A DNA stretch of 64,000 nt from Candidatus Bathyarchaeota archaeon (GTDB lineage: Archaea; Thermoproteota; Bathyarchaeia; Bathyarchaeales; Bathycorpusculaceae). Of the stretch, positions 21,189 to 31,408 are shown one piece after another. The stretch spans positions 1,312,001-1,376,000 of the forward strand of contig CAWEPZ010000011.1 in assembly GCA_963811105.1 (NCBI GenBank), read 5' to 3'. Position 1 is the first letter of the stretch. Each line of letters begins with the position of its first letter. The notes below the pieces were generated by a model, which was not told the origin of the DNA, ran no database searches, and saw only the letters and a list, made by a program, of their open reading frames with translations. Both the position numbers and the translations under genes were made by a program.

Positions 21189-22406
21189 CTACTCAATCTT
21201 CTTTCTGAGCCTTTTTGCCACTTCCGCAATGAATTCTTCAGTATAAGCCTTCTTATTTCTTGGGTCTGGTGAGACAACAGCCATCAAGTCACCCGTCATA
21301 ATCCCGCTTTCTACAGTCTCAAGAGCTGCATCTTCCAGCTTTTTCGCAAAGTCCACGACTTCTGATGTCTTATCCAGTTCGCCCCTTTTTCTTAAGCAAC
21401 CAGTCCAAGCAAATATCAAAGCCATTGAGTTGCTTGAAGTTTTTTCACCCTTCAAATACTTGTAATAATGCTTCTGAACTGTTCCATGAGAAGCTTCAAA
21501 CTCGTAGTAGCCTTGCGGGCTAACAAGTACGGAAGTCATCATTGCCAAGCTGCCATAAGCTGATCCTAGCATATCGCTCATAACGTCGCCATCATAGTTC
21601 TTGCATGCCCAGAGCAAACCGCCTTCTGTCTTCATGATTCTAGCTATGGCGTCATCGATAAGTGTAAAAAAGTAATCAAGTCCCGCGTCTTTGAATTTTG
21701 ATTTCCAGTTTTTCTCATATTCCTCTTCAAATATCTTGCGGAACTGTGCATCGTACGTCTTAGATATGGTATCCTTGGCACCAAACCACAAATGAATCTT
21801 CTGATCATACGCATAAGTAAAACACGCCTTCGCAAAACTCTCTATGGATTTATCGGTATTATGAATGCCTTGAATAATGCCCGACCCTTTGAAGTCCTGA
21901 ATGGTTCCACGCCAAAGCTCTTTGCCAGCGCTGTTTGTGAAAACCATCTCGGCTTTTCCAGCTTCCGGAACCCTGTACTCACAGTTTTTATAAACGTCAC
22001 CGTAAGCATGTCGGCCGATATGGATTGGTTTTTTCCAAGATTTGACGGATGGCGAAATGTTGTTAACCAAAATCGGCGCCCTAAAAACTGTGCCGTCAAG
22101 TGCTGCTCTGATGGTCGCATTGGGACTGCTCCATTCTTTTTTAAGGTTGTATTCTTTCACCCGGTCCTTGTTCGGCGTAATTGTGGCACATTTTACACCC
22201 ACACCGAATTTCTTTATGGCTTCCGCTGCTTCAAGGGTTATTTTATCATCTGTCGCATCCCTTCTCTTTAGCTGCAAGTCGTAGTAGGCAAGGTTCATAT
22301 CTAGGTAAGGCAAAAGCAGCTGATCCTTAACCATTTGCCACATCACTCGAGTCATTTCGTCGCCGTCTATTTCGACGATTGTTGTCTTTACTTTTATTTT
22401 ACTCAA
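21189..22406 (-). CDS. icd: isocitrate dehydrogenase, type II (eukaryote-like), probably NADP-dependent
   Basis: [41 protein letters not shown]. Confidence 0.95.
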   Translation of the reverse strand: MSKIKVKTTIVEIDGDEMTRVMWQMVKDQLLLPYLDMNLAYYDLQLKRRDATDDKITLEAAEAIKKFGVGVKCATITPNKDRVKEYNLKKEWSSPNATIRAALDGTVFRAPILVNNISPSVKSWKKPIHIGRHAYGDVYKNCEYRVPEAGKAEMVFTNSAGKELWRGTIQDFKGSGIIQGIHNTDKSIESFAKACFTYAYDQKIHLWFGAKDTISKTYDAQFRKIFEEEYEKNWKSKFKDAGLDYFFTLIDDAIARIMKTEGGLLWACKNYDGDVMSDMLGSAYGSLAMMTSVLVSPQGYYEFEASHGTVQKHYYKYLKGEKTSSNSMALIFAWTGCLRKRGELDKTSEVVDFAKKLEDAALETVESGIMTGDLMAVVSPDPRNKKAYTEEFIAEVAKRLRKKIE

Positions 22407-22424
22407 TAAGATTCCTCTTTTTTA

Positions 22425-24356
22425 CTACTTGACCGTATACGGGAGAAGACCGCCAGCGAAGAGAATGTCTTTCTGTCTCTGGGAAAGATTGTATCCAAGC
22501 TCGATTTCCAGATTTTTGGTCTTGTTGACTAAGATGATAGGTTCATTGCTCTGCAGCTTTTTCTTTAGATTTGGAATTTCAATCTCATCGCTTTGCTCTA
22601 TCTTGTCATAGTCAGCCATGTTCTTGAATGATAAGGAGATTATGCCAAAGTTTACAAGATTGGCTTCATGAATTCTCTCCACTGATTTGGCTATGATTGC
22701 TTTGACTCCAAGGTACATCGGACATAGCGCAGCGTGTTCTCTGGAGCTTCCTTGGCCATACGACTCGCCTGCAACTATAACAGTGGCTAGACCTTTTTTC
22801 TTGGCTTCCATTGCTCTGTTTGGGAATGTTTTGTCAATCGGTTCGAAAACATATTTTGAGTATTCTGGCACATTAGAGCGGTACTTAAGTCTGGCTCCAG
22901 CAGGCATTATGTGATCAGTTGTAATTTTATCGCCGACTTTTATGCCGACAATACCTTTTATTTCTTCAGGCATTTTATCGTTGACTGGCGGCGTTCCAAT
23001 GTTCGGTCCTCTAACAATTTCAGTATTTCTGTCAGTATCCTTTGGGAAGATAAACATGGAGTCATCTATGAGGAATTTGGTTGGCGTTCTGATATTCGGG
23101 TACTTGATGTCTGTTTTTCTGGGATCGGTGAATTTTCCTGTGATTGCTGATACGGCAGCAACTTCTGGGCTTACAAGGTAAACCTGAGCATCCGATGTGC
23201 CGCTTCTTCCTTCGAAGTTTCTGTTGCTTGTTCTAAGGGATACGGCGTTGGTTTTTGGGCTTTGGCTGTTGCCTATACAAAATCCGCATGTTGCTTCGAG
23301 CAGTCTAGCGCCTGAATCTAGCAAATCAGAAAGGTAATCATCTTTTGCTATCATTTGCAGAACTTGTCTTGAACCTGGAGCAACGCCGAATGATACGTCA
23401 GGATGAACTTTTTTGCCCTTCATTATTTGGGCTACCGTGGCTATTTCTTTGTAAGAAGAATTGGTGCATGAGCCAATCATCACTTGATCAACCTTCAGGT
23501 CCTTCATATCACTGACTTTGACTGTGTTTCCTGGGCTATGTGGTGCCGCCGCAAGAGGTTCCAATGCGCAAAGATCAATGTCCTCAACCCTGTCGTACTC
23601 TGCATCGTCGTCAGCTTTCAGTTCAATCCAATCTGCCTCTCTATCCTGTGCCTTGAGAAACTTTCTTGTTTCTTCGTCTGAGGGAAATATGGAGGTTGTG
23701 ACACCCATCTCTGCACCCATGTTGGTGATTGTGGCTCTCTCAGGAACTGTGAGATTCTTTACGCCAGGCCCCGCGTATTCAATTATGACGCCGACATTGC
23801 CCTTAACTGTAAACAGCTCAAGCATCTTTAAAACAACATCTTTGGCGCTTACCCAAGGCTGAAGTCTGCCCTGCAGATTTATCTTGTAAACTTTTGGGCA
23901 TGTTAAATAGAATTCACCGCCTCCCATGGCAACAGCAACATCTAATCCTCCGGCGCCTATGGCTATCATGCCTATGCCGCCTCCAGTCGTTGTATGGCTG
24001 TCGGAGCCTAAGAGCGTCTTACCAGGTTTGCCGAACCTTTCCAAATGGACTTGATGACATATTCCATTTCCTGCCTTAGAGTAAACTATACCATATTTTG
24101 CGGCTACTGTCTGAAGGTATTTGTGATCGTCGGCGTTCTCGAAACCCACCTGGATGGTATTGTGATCTACATAACTAACAGAAAGCTCAGTTTTTACTTG
24201 CTTCAGGTCCATTGCCTCGAACTGCAGGTACGCCATCGTTCCTGTGGCATCCTGAGTTAAGGTTTGATCAATCTTTATACCTATCTCAGTACCTGGAACG
24301 TATTCACCCACTACCAGATGTTTTTCTAATATCTTTCGTGTAAGAGACTTGCCCAT
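22425..24356 (-). CDS. acn: aconitate hydratase (short, about 640-aa type)
   Basis: DQTLTQDATG, GICHQVH, GSDSHT, GSCTN, CGFCIG ([4Fe-4S] Cys), TTDHIMPAG, GSSREHA. Confidence 0.93.
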   Translation of the reverse strand: MGKSLTRKILEKHLVVGEYVPGTEIGIKIDQTLTQDATGTMAYLQFEAMDLKQVKTELSVSYVDHNTIQVGFENADDHKYLQTVAAKYGIVYSKAGNGICHQVHLERFGKPGKTLLGSDSHTTTGGGIGMIAIGAGGLDVAVAMGGGEFYLTCPKVYKINLQGRLQPWVSAKDVVLKMLELFTVKGNVGVIIEYAGPGVKNLTVPERATITNMGAEMGVTTSIFPSDEETRKFLKAQDREADWIELKADDDAEYDRVEDIDLCALEPLAAAPHSPGNTVKVSDMKDLKVDQVMIGSCTNSSYKEIATVAQIMKGKKVHPDVSFGVAPGSRQVLQMIAKDDYLSDLLDSGARLLEATCGFCIGNSQSPKTNAVSLRTSNRNFEGRSGTSDAQVYLVSPEVAAVSAITGKFTDPRKTDIKYPNIRTPTKFLIDDSMFIFPKDTDRNTEIVRGPNIGTPPVNDKMPEEIKGIVGIKVGDKITTDHIMPAGARLKYRSNVPEYSKYVFEPIDKTFPNRAMEAKKKGLATVIVAGESYGQGSSREHAALCPMYLGVKAIIAKSVERIHEANLVNFGIISLSFKNMADYDKIEQSDEIEIPNLKKKLQSNEPIILVNKTKNLEIELGYNLSQRQKDILFAGGLLPYTVK

Positions 24357-25088
24357 AATCGTCCCGTCCTTTGGAAAGGATTTGTCTTTCTTTTGTACAT
24401 ATAAAGGTTGTCAATTTATAGAACCAAGGGCATGCGCCTATTTACTTAAAAAAAATATTAAGTTCAAATTCTTGAATCATAAAAGTAAAAAAAAGAAATG
24501 AAACTGTCTGCATGATTATTAATGTCAAGTAATTAATTCTGACCGATACGATTGTGCAATCGCATTAGACGAAAAAAGATACCTATTATTGCCAACAACC
24601 TTCCCCAGACATCCTGCCAGTAATCATACGGATTCGAGTGTTAATTCAAGGAAGTAAGCTTTAGGATCAGTTGTTTTTTGTTGTAGCGCAACTATAACAT
24701 AACCTGGGAACAGTTATGCGACCGTCCGGAAGCATAATGGCCAAAAAACTTTCCTGAAAACATAAATTAAATATTTTCAAATTAATCTTCAATAGTTGAG
24801 AAGCCGCAAGTTTGTAATGCCAACGAACCACTTTTCGCACTTAAAGCGATTTTGATTCTGCAATTGCACCTTATATGCAAGGCTTCGAGTTAATGGAAAA
24901 ACAAACCTTCTTTTTCAACCTTTTGCATACTTTTTTAGCCGAAACTGTACGGAATTGTTCGAATCTAGCCGAATCCAAATGAATTCATATGCAACCTACA
25001 AATAACTTAAGCTTTGCTGCAAAAGATCATCCCCAAAACACAAAGAAAAAAATGTGCCACGCGCACCAGAAACACCTAAGTACTAACT

Positions 25089-27023
25089 TTAACTTTCATA
25101 CATCTGCCTAAAGATTTGCAGAGGGCTATCATTTTGCCTCTTATTCTTGAAGTAAAGTATGGTTGAAACAAGGACTAAAAATAGAACAGTTGTCAAGGTA
25201 ACGTATGTTTCAAAGCAGTTGTTACCATCCTTTGTTTTTTCATCGCTGTTAGGCATTACAATTGCGTTGCTGAGGTTTTGAATTCTCAAGTTTTTCATAA
25301 TTACTGCGCTATTCACGTTATTTGCTACCAAAATTAGTATTTTATTGTTGGCTAGATTATAAGGAGTTGCCACGTTTTCTATTAGGGTACCATTTCTATT
25401 GTTTATTTCAGTTATTACTTGATTCTCGGAGATACGTTCTGTAATAGTGTACCAATTGTTAGCTTCGATGGTTTCCGAAGCATTCAAGAAAGCCGGATTG
25501 ACTGCGTTTCCTTCCGTTATATTAGAAATGTCATAACTATTTAGCGCTCTCATATCTAATGAGCAATTATTGGGACCGTTGTCCTGAAGGAGAAAACAAA
25601 ATTGATTGTTTATAGTTTGATTAATATCATCGGGTAAGGTTAGAGGTTGCATGTTCGGGGGCACCTCTGTTGGTACTGTCAGTGTTTCTTCAGGAATTTT
25701 GATTGTTTGTATTGGCCTGTTTCTTCCAATTCTTATTGTCTCCTGGCGGGCCGGAATTGTTATTGTTTGTGACGAAATGTTAGACGCGGTGTGACCCGTT
25801 GGCATTATGATAAAATCGTAGCTGAAAGAAATATTTGTACTCAAAGGAATACTGAGAAAATTATCAACTCCTTGCAATGGACGAATAATATGCGGTAAAA
25901 TAACTGCGGATCCAAAGAGGTAGTAAGCAAGGTTAGTTTGTGTCAGAATATAATTGTACTCAGGCGTTTGGAACTGGACAAATGATTCAGGACCAACAAA
26001 AACCGTGAGTGTTTCGCTGTCATCACCCTCGTAGTTGTAGGCGCCACTCCAACTTGTTGTAATATAATATGTGCCCGCTGACGCGAAGTTCCAACCCAAA
26101 GCATAATTGCCATCGATATCTGTAACTGTTTCGAAGTAGCTGCTACAGGAACTATTTTTGCAGTATACCGTGACCTTCTGCCCGGCCATTACGGGCGAAA
26201 TTGATCCTGAAATGATAAACCCCCGCGATGTATTTTGGATGCTTGTTGGTTTTTGGGATAGATCTCCTGTAATAGAGGAAGAGAGAAGTTGACTACCTAA
26301 GCTCGCTGAAATCTCTCCTGGTGTTGAATTCTCGCTACTTTCAAGTTGAGTAATGACTGATTTAGTATTTACCAGCATTTGGGACTGATCACCTACCTTC
26401 CAGTCTGTTTCGGGAGTAGCTTCCGCAGTCCAGTAGGTTTTATTATTGTAATCAAAACCAGTCGGCGGAGTCAGGATATTATGATAAACGGGTGTATGTG
26501 GTAGGTATACTCCCACATTGACGTGTCCTGGATTTATCCCTGTGTAGCTAATCAAGACAACTTCTAAACCTCCTGCCTTCATGATGGAAGCCGCTAGAAG
26601 AGACAGGCCAACGCAATCTCCAGAATTGTTCACAAGGGTTTCAACTGGATATTTTACTCCCGTAACAACGTATGGGATTTGATGGACCAATGTTAGTACG
26701 GCATCGGCGAACCGTTCCTCACTGTAAGGAAGGGTGTTAGTAACTTCTTGAATGCGTTCTGCGATAGGTTCTACGGCTAGAGGTGTTACAAATCGTGCGT
26801 AATCAGTTTCGCAATTGATTGTGTGACTCAGGTTATTGTAATAGTTGTATAAGGAAGGTTGTATTGAGACATACATTTTTTGGCTAAGCAACCCATATTG
26901 GAATTGAAAACTGTAGTTTTTTTCATAGTTAGTTGCAGATGATATAGGTATCATGAAGGTAAGTATCAACATACAAAATATAGAGAAGACTGGCTTTATG
27001 ATACTTAAAGTGCATGATGACAC
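25089..27023 (-). CDS. secreted transglutaminase-like (Cys protease fold) protein with Ig-like domain and C-terminal TM
   Basis: Signal peptide; KYPVETLVNNSGDC, HVNVGV, WTAEAT putative Cys-His-Glu triad; VTDIDGNY Ig-like strand; TM plus KNKR. Confidence 0.75.
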   Translation of the reverse strand: MSSCTLSIIKPVFSIFCMLILTFMIPISSATNYEKNYSFQFQYGLLSQKMYVSIQPSLYNYYNNLSHTINCETDYARFVTPLAVEPIAERIQEVTNTLPYSEERFADAVLTLVHQIPYVVTGVKYPVETLVNNSGDCVGLSLLAASIMKAGGLEVVLISYTGINPGHVNVGVYLPHTPVYHNILTPPTGFDYNNKTYWTAEATPETDWKVGDQSQMLVNTKSVITQLESSENSTPGEISASLGSQLLSSSITGDLSQKPTSIQNTSRGFIISGSISPVMAGQKVTVYCKNSSCSSYFETVTDIDGNYALGWNFASAGTYYITTSWSGAYNYEGDDSETLTVFVGPESFVQFQTPEYNYILTQTNLAYYLFGSAVILPHIIRPLQGVDNFLSIPLSTNISFSYDFIIMPTGHTASNISSQTITIPARQETIRIGRNRPIQTIKIPEETLTVPTEVPPNMQPLTLPDDINQTINNQFCFLLQDNGPNNCSLDMRALNSYDISNITEGNAVNPAFLNASETIEANNWYTITERISENQVITEINNRNGTLIENVATPYNLANNKILILVANNVNSAVIMKNLRIQNLSNAIVMPNSDEKTKDGNNCFETYVTLTTVLFLVLVSTILYFKNKRQNDSPLQIFRQMYES

Positions 27024-27273
27024 TGTTCTTGACTCTTAAAGAGCTTGAATATTATCGTTATTATTGGTTATATTTCTTTGCTTGCCAGCAATTGTAGCTC
27101 ACGAGTAATGTCTGCTAAAACAGCACGATTCTCCAAAATATTTTTAGCTTGGAGGGACTAAAACAGGAATGTTCATTTCAGACTCTTGCCAAGCTAAAAA
27201 TAGAATATGTAGGCAGAAGTTTGAGGTGAACACCTGACTAAATTGCTTTATTAAATTGAAAATGGCTCAGCGT

Positions 27274-27573
27274 TTAACCCATTATTGTTGGGTTCGCCTC
27301 TTCTTCATTTATGTGATGCATAACGTGGACCGCGAGGCCTGTCGCGGCTCCTGCAGAGAGTCCCAATAGCAAATTATTAAGCCAATTAAATTGGCCAACC
27401 AACCCTAAAACTACCAACACATCAAAAACCAATGCGACCATCAAGTAACCTACACACCACATTTTAACACTCATGCCTCTCGGCTTGTTTATGCCAATTC
27501 CGCCAAGTACTCCAAGCATTACTAAAAAGCCTATTAACGCATAAATCCAATCTAAAGTCAAATTGCATTTCAC
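27274..27573 (-). CDS. small 3-TM membrane protein with HVMHH motif
   Basis: Three hydrophobic segments; AGGTG SD overlapping the start. Confidence 0.7.
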   Translation of the reverse strand: MKCNLTLDWIYALIGFLVMLGVLGGIGINKPRGMSVKMWCVGYLMVALVFDVLVVLGLVGQFNWLNNLLLGLSAGAATGLAVHVMHHINEEEANPTIMG

Positions 27574-27714
27574 CTATTTAGTGTGGCTATGTTCATATAG
27601 TGCTTAATTAGTTTATCGAAAACACGTCTGCTTTATAGATGCATTATCGTTCTTCAACGGATCTACCGTTAACTTTTTGTACTTTCGGCTAAGAGTCTTA
27701 CCTACTTCAAGGAC

Positions 27715-29808
27715 GTGGATGCATTAACAAAGTTCGACCAAAGACACTGCCATAAATGGGCACAACTTTTGCTTGCAAGGCAACAAAGACTCAATCAAGC
27801 TTTAACGGCCATTGCAGAAGAAGACTTTGATTTGGCAATACCACTGGTTTCTCAAATTTTTGCTGGAAACAATAAGCAAGGTGACCCTGGATTCGCTGGC
27901 TCACTTTTATACCATATGGCCATGGTAACGAAAATGGAATCTGAAACTCGAATGTTGATCGATGAGTTACATGTCCCCTTACCAGATGTATCATTAAAAC
28001 TTAACTCAATTTATGATGTTTTCCAATTAGACTCAAAAGAGATAGCTAAAGAAATTACGCTTTTTACATTAAGTTCAACCGAAATAGCAACAGGCAAATA
28101 TCCTGGAACGATTGAGAAAATCAAACTTTTCAAAAAATTGAGCGAAGAAGAGAAAGAAGTCGAAATTCTCTTAAACAGAAGGAGCCCAAAGTCGGGGGAC
28201 AAGTTAAGGGAAGTTTTCTGTAACTGGGCAAATCAGATTGTGAAAATGCGTTTAATCCAAGAGTTTGAAACAATAAAGGGATTACTAGTCTTGTCTGAAT
28301 TGACTAAAAGTATTGACTTATCAGTCCTTGAGAAAGCTATTGACAGGATAAAGAACAAATTCGGGGAAGAAACAGTTAACATAGCTCTTGATGTGACTCT
28401 TAAAGTTGGGATGCGAAGAGAAAAACTTCAATCAATCATGTTAAGTGACCATTTCATAAACTACACAATGAGTGCGGATACCTTAGATGGTCACATGGAA
28501 TTTCGTAATTGCCCAATTTTTGGATGCCACAAATACATCCAAGAAAAATATGGCATATCATCTGAAGTGTCTTCGCTTTTTTGCACCCATTTCTGTTTTG
28601 CTCATGCTAAAGCGATGCTTGATACAGTTCTTCCTTTTCCATTTACACTTTGGCAACCCAAAAGAATAGCGACGCATGGAATCTGCGAATTTTACTTAAA
28701 ATTGGCTTACTCACCGGTGGCAAAATCCTCTGAACAGTTTGTTCCTCTAGTTATGTCATGGAACGTCACACGAGAATGCAACATGAAATGCTCCCATTGC
28801 TACATTAACGCTTCAAACAAGAAACTCGATAACGAATTAACAACTCAAGAAGCCAAGAACTTAATGGATCAAATCTACCAAGTCAGCAGACCGCTGCTCA
28901 TACTTAGCGGTGGAGAACCGCTCTTGCGTCCAGACATTTTTGAACTCATCAGCTATGGCTCAAGGATAGGTTTGAAGATGGGTTTAGGAAGCAACGGAAG
29001 TCTAATTAATGACACAACAGCAAAAAAACTCAAAGATGCAGGCATAACTACAGTTTCAATCAGCTTAGATTCTAATATTCCCATGCAGCACGATGAGTTC
29101 AGAGGAGTAGCCGGCGCCTGGGAAAAAGCTGTCCAAGCCTGCATTGCATTGAGAAAAAACAATGTTCTGGTTCAAGTCAACACAACACTAACTCAGCAGA
29201 ACTACAATCAAATAGACGATATAATGTCTTTAGCTGAAAACATTGGTGTTGAGAACTTTCATCTATTCTTCCTTGTTCCAACAGGCCGCGGAACCAAGCT
29301 GACAGATATTTCCCCAGAAAAATATGAAGAAATGATAACAAAAACCTTCGCAAAAGCAGCAAACCACAAACTAAACGTGCGACCCTCCTGTGCGCCACAG
29401 TTTATGCGAATCGCCAAAGGTATGGGCTTAGACATGAGACAGTGGATTCGCGGCTGCATTGCAGGATTATACTATTGTCGCATTTACCCCAACGGTGACG
29501 TAACACCATGCCCCTACTTGCCAATAAAGCTGGGCAACGTTAGAGAAAAAAACTTCAGAGATATATGGGTTGAATCAAATGTCTTCAAAACTTTAAGAAC
29601 CCCCAATCTATTGAAAGGCAAATGCGGCGCTTGTGAATATCGCGTTTTGTGCGGTGGCTGCCGAGCACGGGCTTATGGTCTTTCTAATGATTTCATAGAT
29701 TATTGTGGAGATCTTCATGAACCCGGGGAAATAAAAAGTGACTACTTGACAGAAGACCCATGGTGTGTTTATCAACCAAAAAAATTCTCCTCACTGAAAG
29801 ATGAATAG
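27715..29808 (+). CDS. radical SAM/SPASM protein (AhbD/NirJ-like) with about 340-aa N-terminal extension containing a Cys-rich V4R-like domain
   Basis: CNMKCSHC, GGEPL; SPASM GCIAG...PCPY...CGACEYRVLCGGCRARA...DPWC; N-terminal NCPIFGC...FCTHFC...GICEF. Confidence 0.85.
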   Translation: MDALTKFDQRHCHKWAQLLLARQQRLNQALTAIAEEDFDLAIPLVSQIFAGNNKQGDPGFAGSLLYHMAMVTKMESETRMLIDELHVPLPDVSLKLNSIYDVFQLDSKEIAKEITLFTLSSTEIATGKYPGTIEKIKLFKKLSEEEKEVEILLNRRSPKSGDKLREVFCNWANQIVKMRLIQEFETIKGLLVLSELTKSIDLSVLEKAIDRIKNKFGEETVNIALDVTLKVGMRREKLQSIMLSDHFINYTMSADTLDGHMEFRNCPIFGCHKYIQEKYGISSEVSSLFCTHFCFAHAKAMLDTVLPFPFTLWQPKRIATHGICEFYLKLAYSPVAKSSEQFVPLVMSWNVTRECNMKCSHCYINASNKKLDNELTTQEAKNLMDQIYQVSRPLLILSGGEPLLRPDIFELISYGSRIGLKMGLGSNGSLINDTTAKKLKDAGITTVSISLDSNIPMQHDEFRGVAGAWEKAVQACIALRKNNVLVQVNTTLTQQNYNQIDDIMSLAENIGVENFHLFFLVPTGRGTKLTDISPEKYEEMITKTFAKAANHKLNVRPSCAPQFMRIAKGMGLDMRQWIRGCIAGLYYCRIYPNGDVTPCPYLPIKLGNVREKNFRDIWVESNVFKTLRTPNLLKGKCGACEYRVLCGGCRARAYGLSNDFIDYCGDLHEPGEIKSDYLTEDPWCVYQPKKFSSLKDE

Positions 29809-30124
29809 AAACGTTATGTCCAGTTAGAAACGTTTTGTGCAAAAAACTCTCTGACAGAAACTATTTAAGACATGTGTGTCTTTCAAAAACTTTAGCAGGC
29901 AGTTAAAATGGCTTTGGGCAGCCCGCAAACAGGCGCTCGGTAACTGTGGATAGCCAAACAAGAATTGAGGCGGGGAAAAATGAGAACGGTCAACGATACA
30001 GCAAATGCAAAAAACTGGAAAACACCAACCGTTTTGTTGAATGTAACAGGAAAACACATTAATTTCAATCAGGCGTTAACCAGTAAACTTGCAAGAATAA
30101 CTCTAAAAAAGTATTTCTTATTTT

Positions 30125-31345
30125 TTGAATGTTAAGGAGGCAACCAGAATTTCGAATGGCCCCTCTGAGAAATTCTTGGGAATGTTCAGGCAAACAGCGA
30201 TAGCATATTTTTTTGACATATTCGGATTGCTAGCCGGCTTCCTAATTGTGTACCAACTTGACGTTTTTACGCGTACCCCTTGGGCCTTAGCTCTTTATCC
30301 GACGCTCATAACCATAAGAGTTATTAGCGGTTTACTTAGCGGACGATTAAGCACTGCCTTGCATCTGGGCACAATTTACCCGCGGTTTTTTGGAAACACA
30401 AAAAGCTTCTATAAATTAGTTGATTCGATAATAGTATTAACATTAGTAACAAGCTTGACAGTTAGCATAATTTCCCTTCTCTTCGGTTACCTACTATGGA
30501 GCATAACCATAGCTGATTTCTCAGCCATACTATCGGTAATGGTTTCAACTTTAGCAATAGGCCTGCTTTTCTCTATAGTAACCATCAAGATTGCTTTTGT
30601 CTCGTTCAAAAAAGGCCTGGACCCCGACATAATTGTCTATCCAATAATATCTACAGCCTCCAGCATTTTCACAACCTTATGCTACATAGCTGTTTTGGAC
30701 TTGTTTTTCTTTTCAACTTACTTTGGAAGGTTGGTAATTCTTGCCATAGGATTTACACATGTATTTTTGGTATTATACTTGCTAATTAAAAACAAGCGAG
30801 AACCGGAATTTATTAAAATAATACGAGAATCTTTGATGATGTTGATGGTTGTAGCTATTTTATTAACCTTAACGGGAACTATTTTCAAAGGAATCAGCAA
30901 CTTCGCACAAAACCGAAAAGAAATCTACACAATTTATCCAGCCTTAATTAACATGGTAAGCAACCTAGGGTCAGTTGTAGGCTCCACTACCAATACTAAA
31001 CTTGCTTTAGGTTTGCTTGCACCTAATTTCTCCTCAATAAAAAAACACACTAAGAACATTACAAGTGCATGGGTGGCCTCACTTTTGATTTTCACCATTT
31101 TAGCACTCATATCTCTAATAGTAAATCGTGTGTTTGCGCTATCACCAGTACTTAATTTCTTGGAAGTAATCTGGATTTCTAACGTAATTGCAGTCAGTGG
31201 TATGGTACTTCTTTCTTATGGAATCGCAGTACTAACCTTCAAAAGAGGCTTAAACCCGGAAAACTTTGTAATTCCAGTCGAAACATCCTTGGCAACCATT
31301 ATAACCTCGACAGCACTACTATTGGCATTACTTTTAATCGTATAG
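30125..31345 (+). CDS. mgtE: MgtE/SLC41-type divalent cation transporter (duplicated membrane domain)
   Basis: SGRLSTALHLG, GLDPDIIVYP and GLNPENFVIP repeats; about 10 TM. Confidence 0.85.
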   Translation: MNVKEATRISNGPSEKFLGMFRQTAIAYFFDIFGLLAGFLIVYQLDVFTRTPWALALYPTLITIRVISGLLSGRLSTALHLGTIYPRFFGNTKSFYKLVDSIIVLTLVTSLTVSIISLLFGYLLWSITIADFSAILSVMVSTLAIGLLFSIVTIKIAFVSFKKGLDPDIIVYPIISTASSIFTTLCYIAVLDLFFFSTYFGRLVILAIGFTHVFLVLYLLIKNKREPEFIKIIRESLMMLMVVAILLTLTGTIFKGISNFAQNRKEIYTIYPALINMVSNLGSVVGSTTNTKLALGLLAPNFSSIKKHTKNITSAWVASLLIFTILALISLIVNRVFALSPVLNFLEVIWISNVIAVSGMVLLSYGIAVLTFKRGLNPENFVIPVETSLATIITSTALLLALLLIV

Positions 31346-31408
31346 TTAAAAGAGCACAATTAAAATAATTCAAATCGCTATTTACCTTTGGAGAGCGACC
31401 TCAACGAT

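Noticed and set aside
18010-24356. Proof of autotrophic rTCA carbon fixation
   Set aside because: 2-oxoglutarate synthase, fumarate reductase and the other rTCA steps are absent from this window; direction cannot be read from sequence
29824-30060. IS1-like Zn-ribbon remnant or 77-aa minus-strand ORF
   Set aside because: Only a vague GKNENGQRY resemblance; no terminal repeats or transposase core
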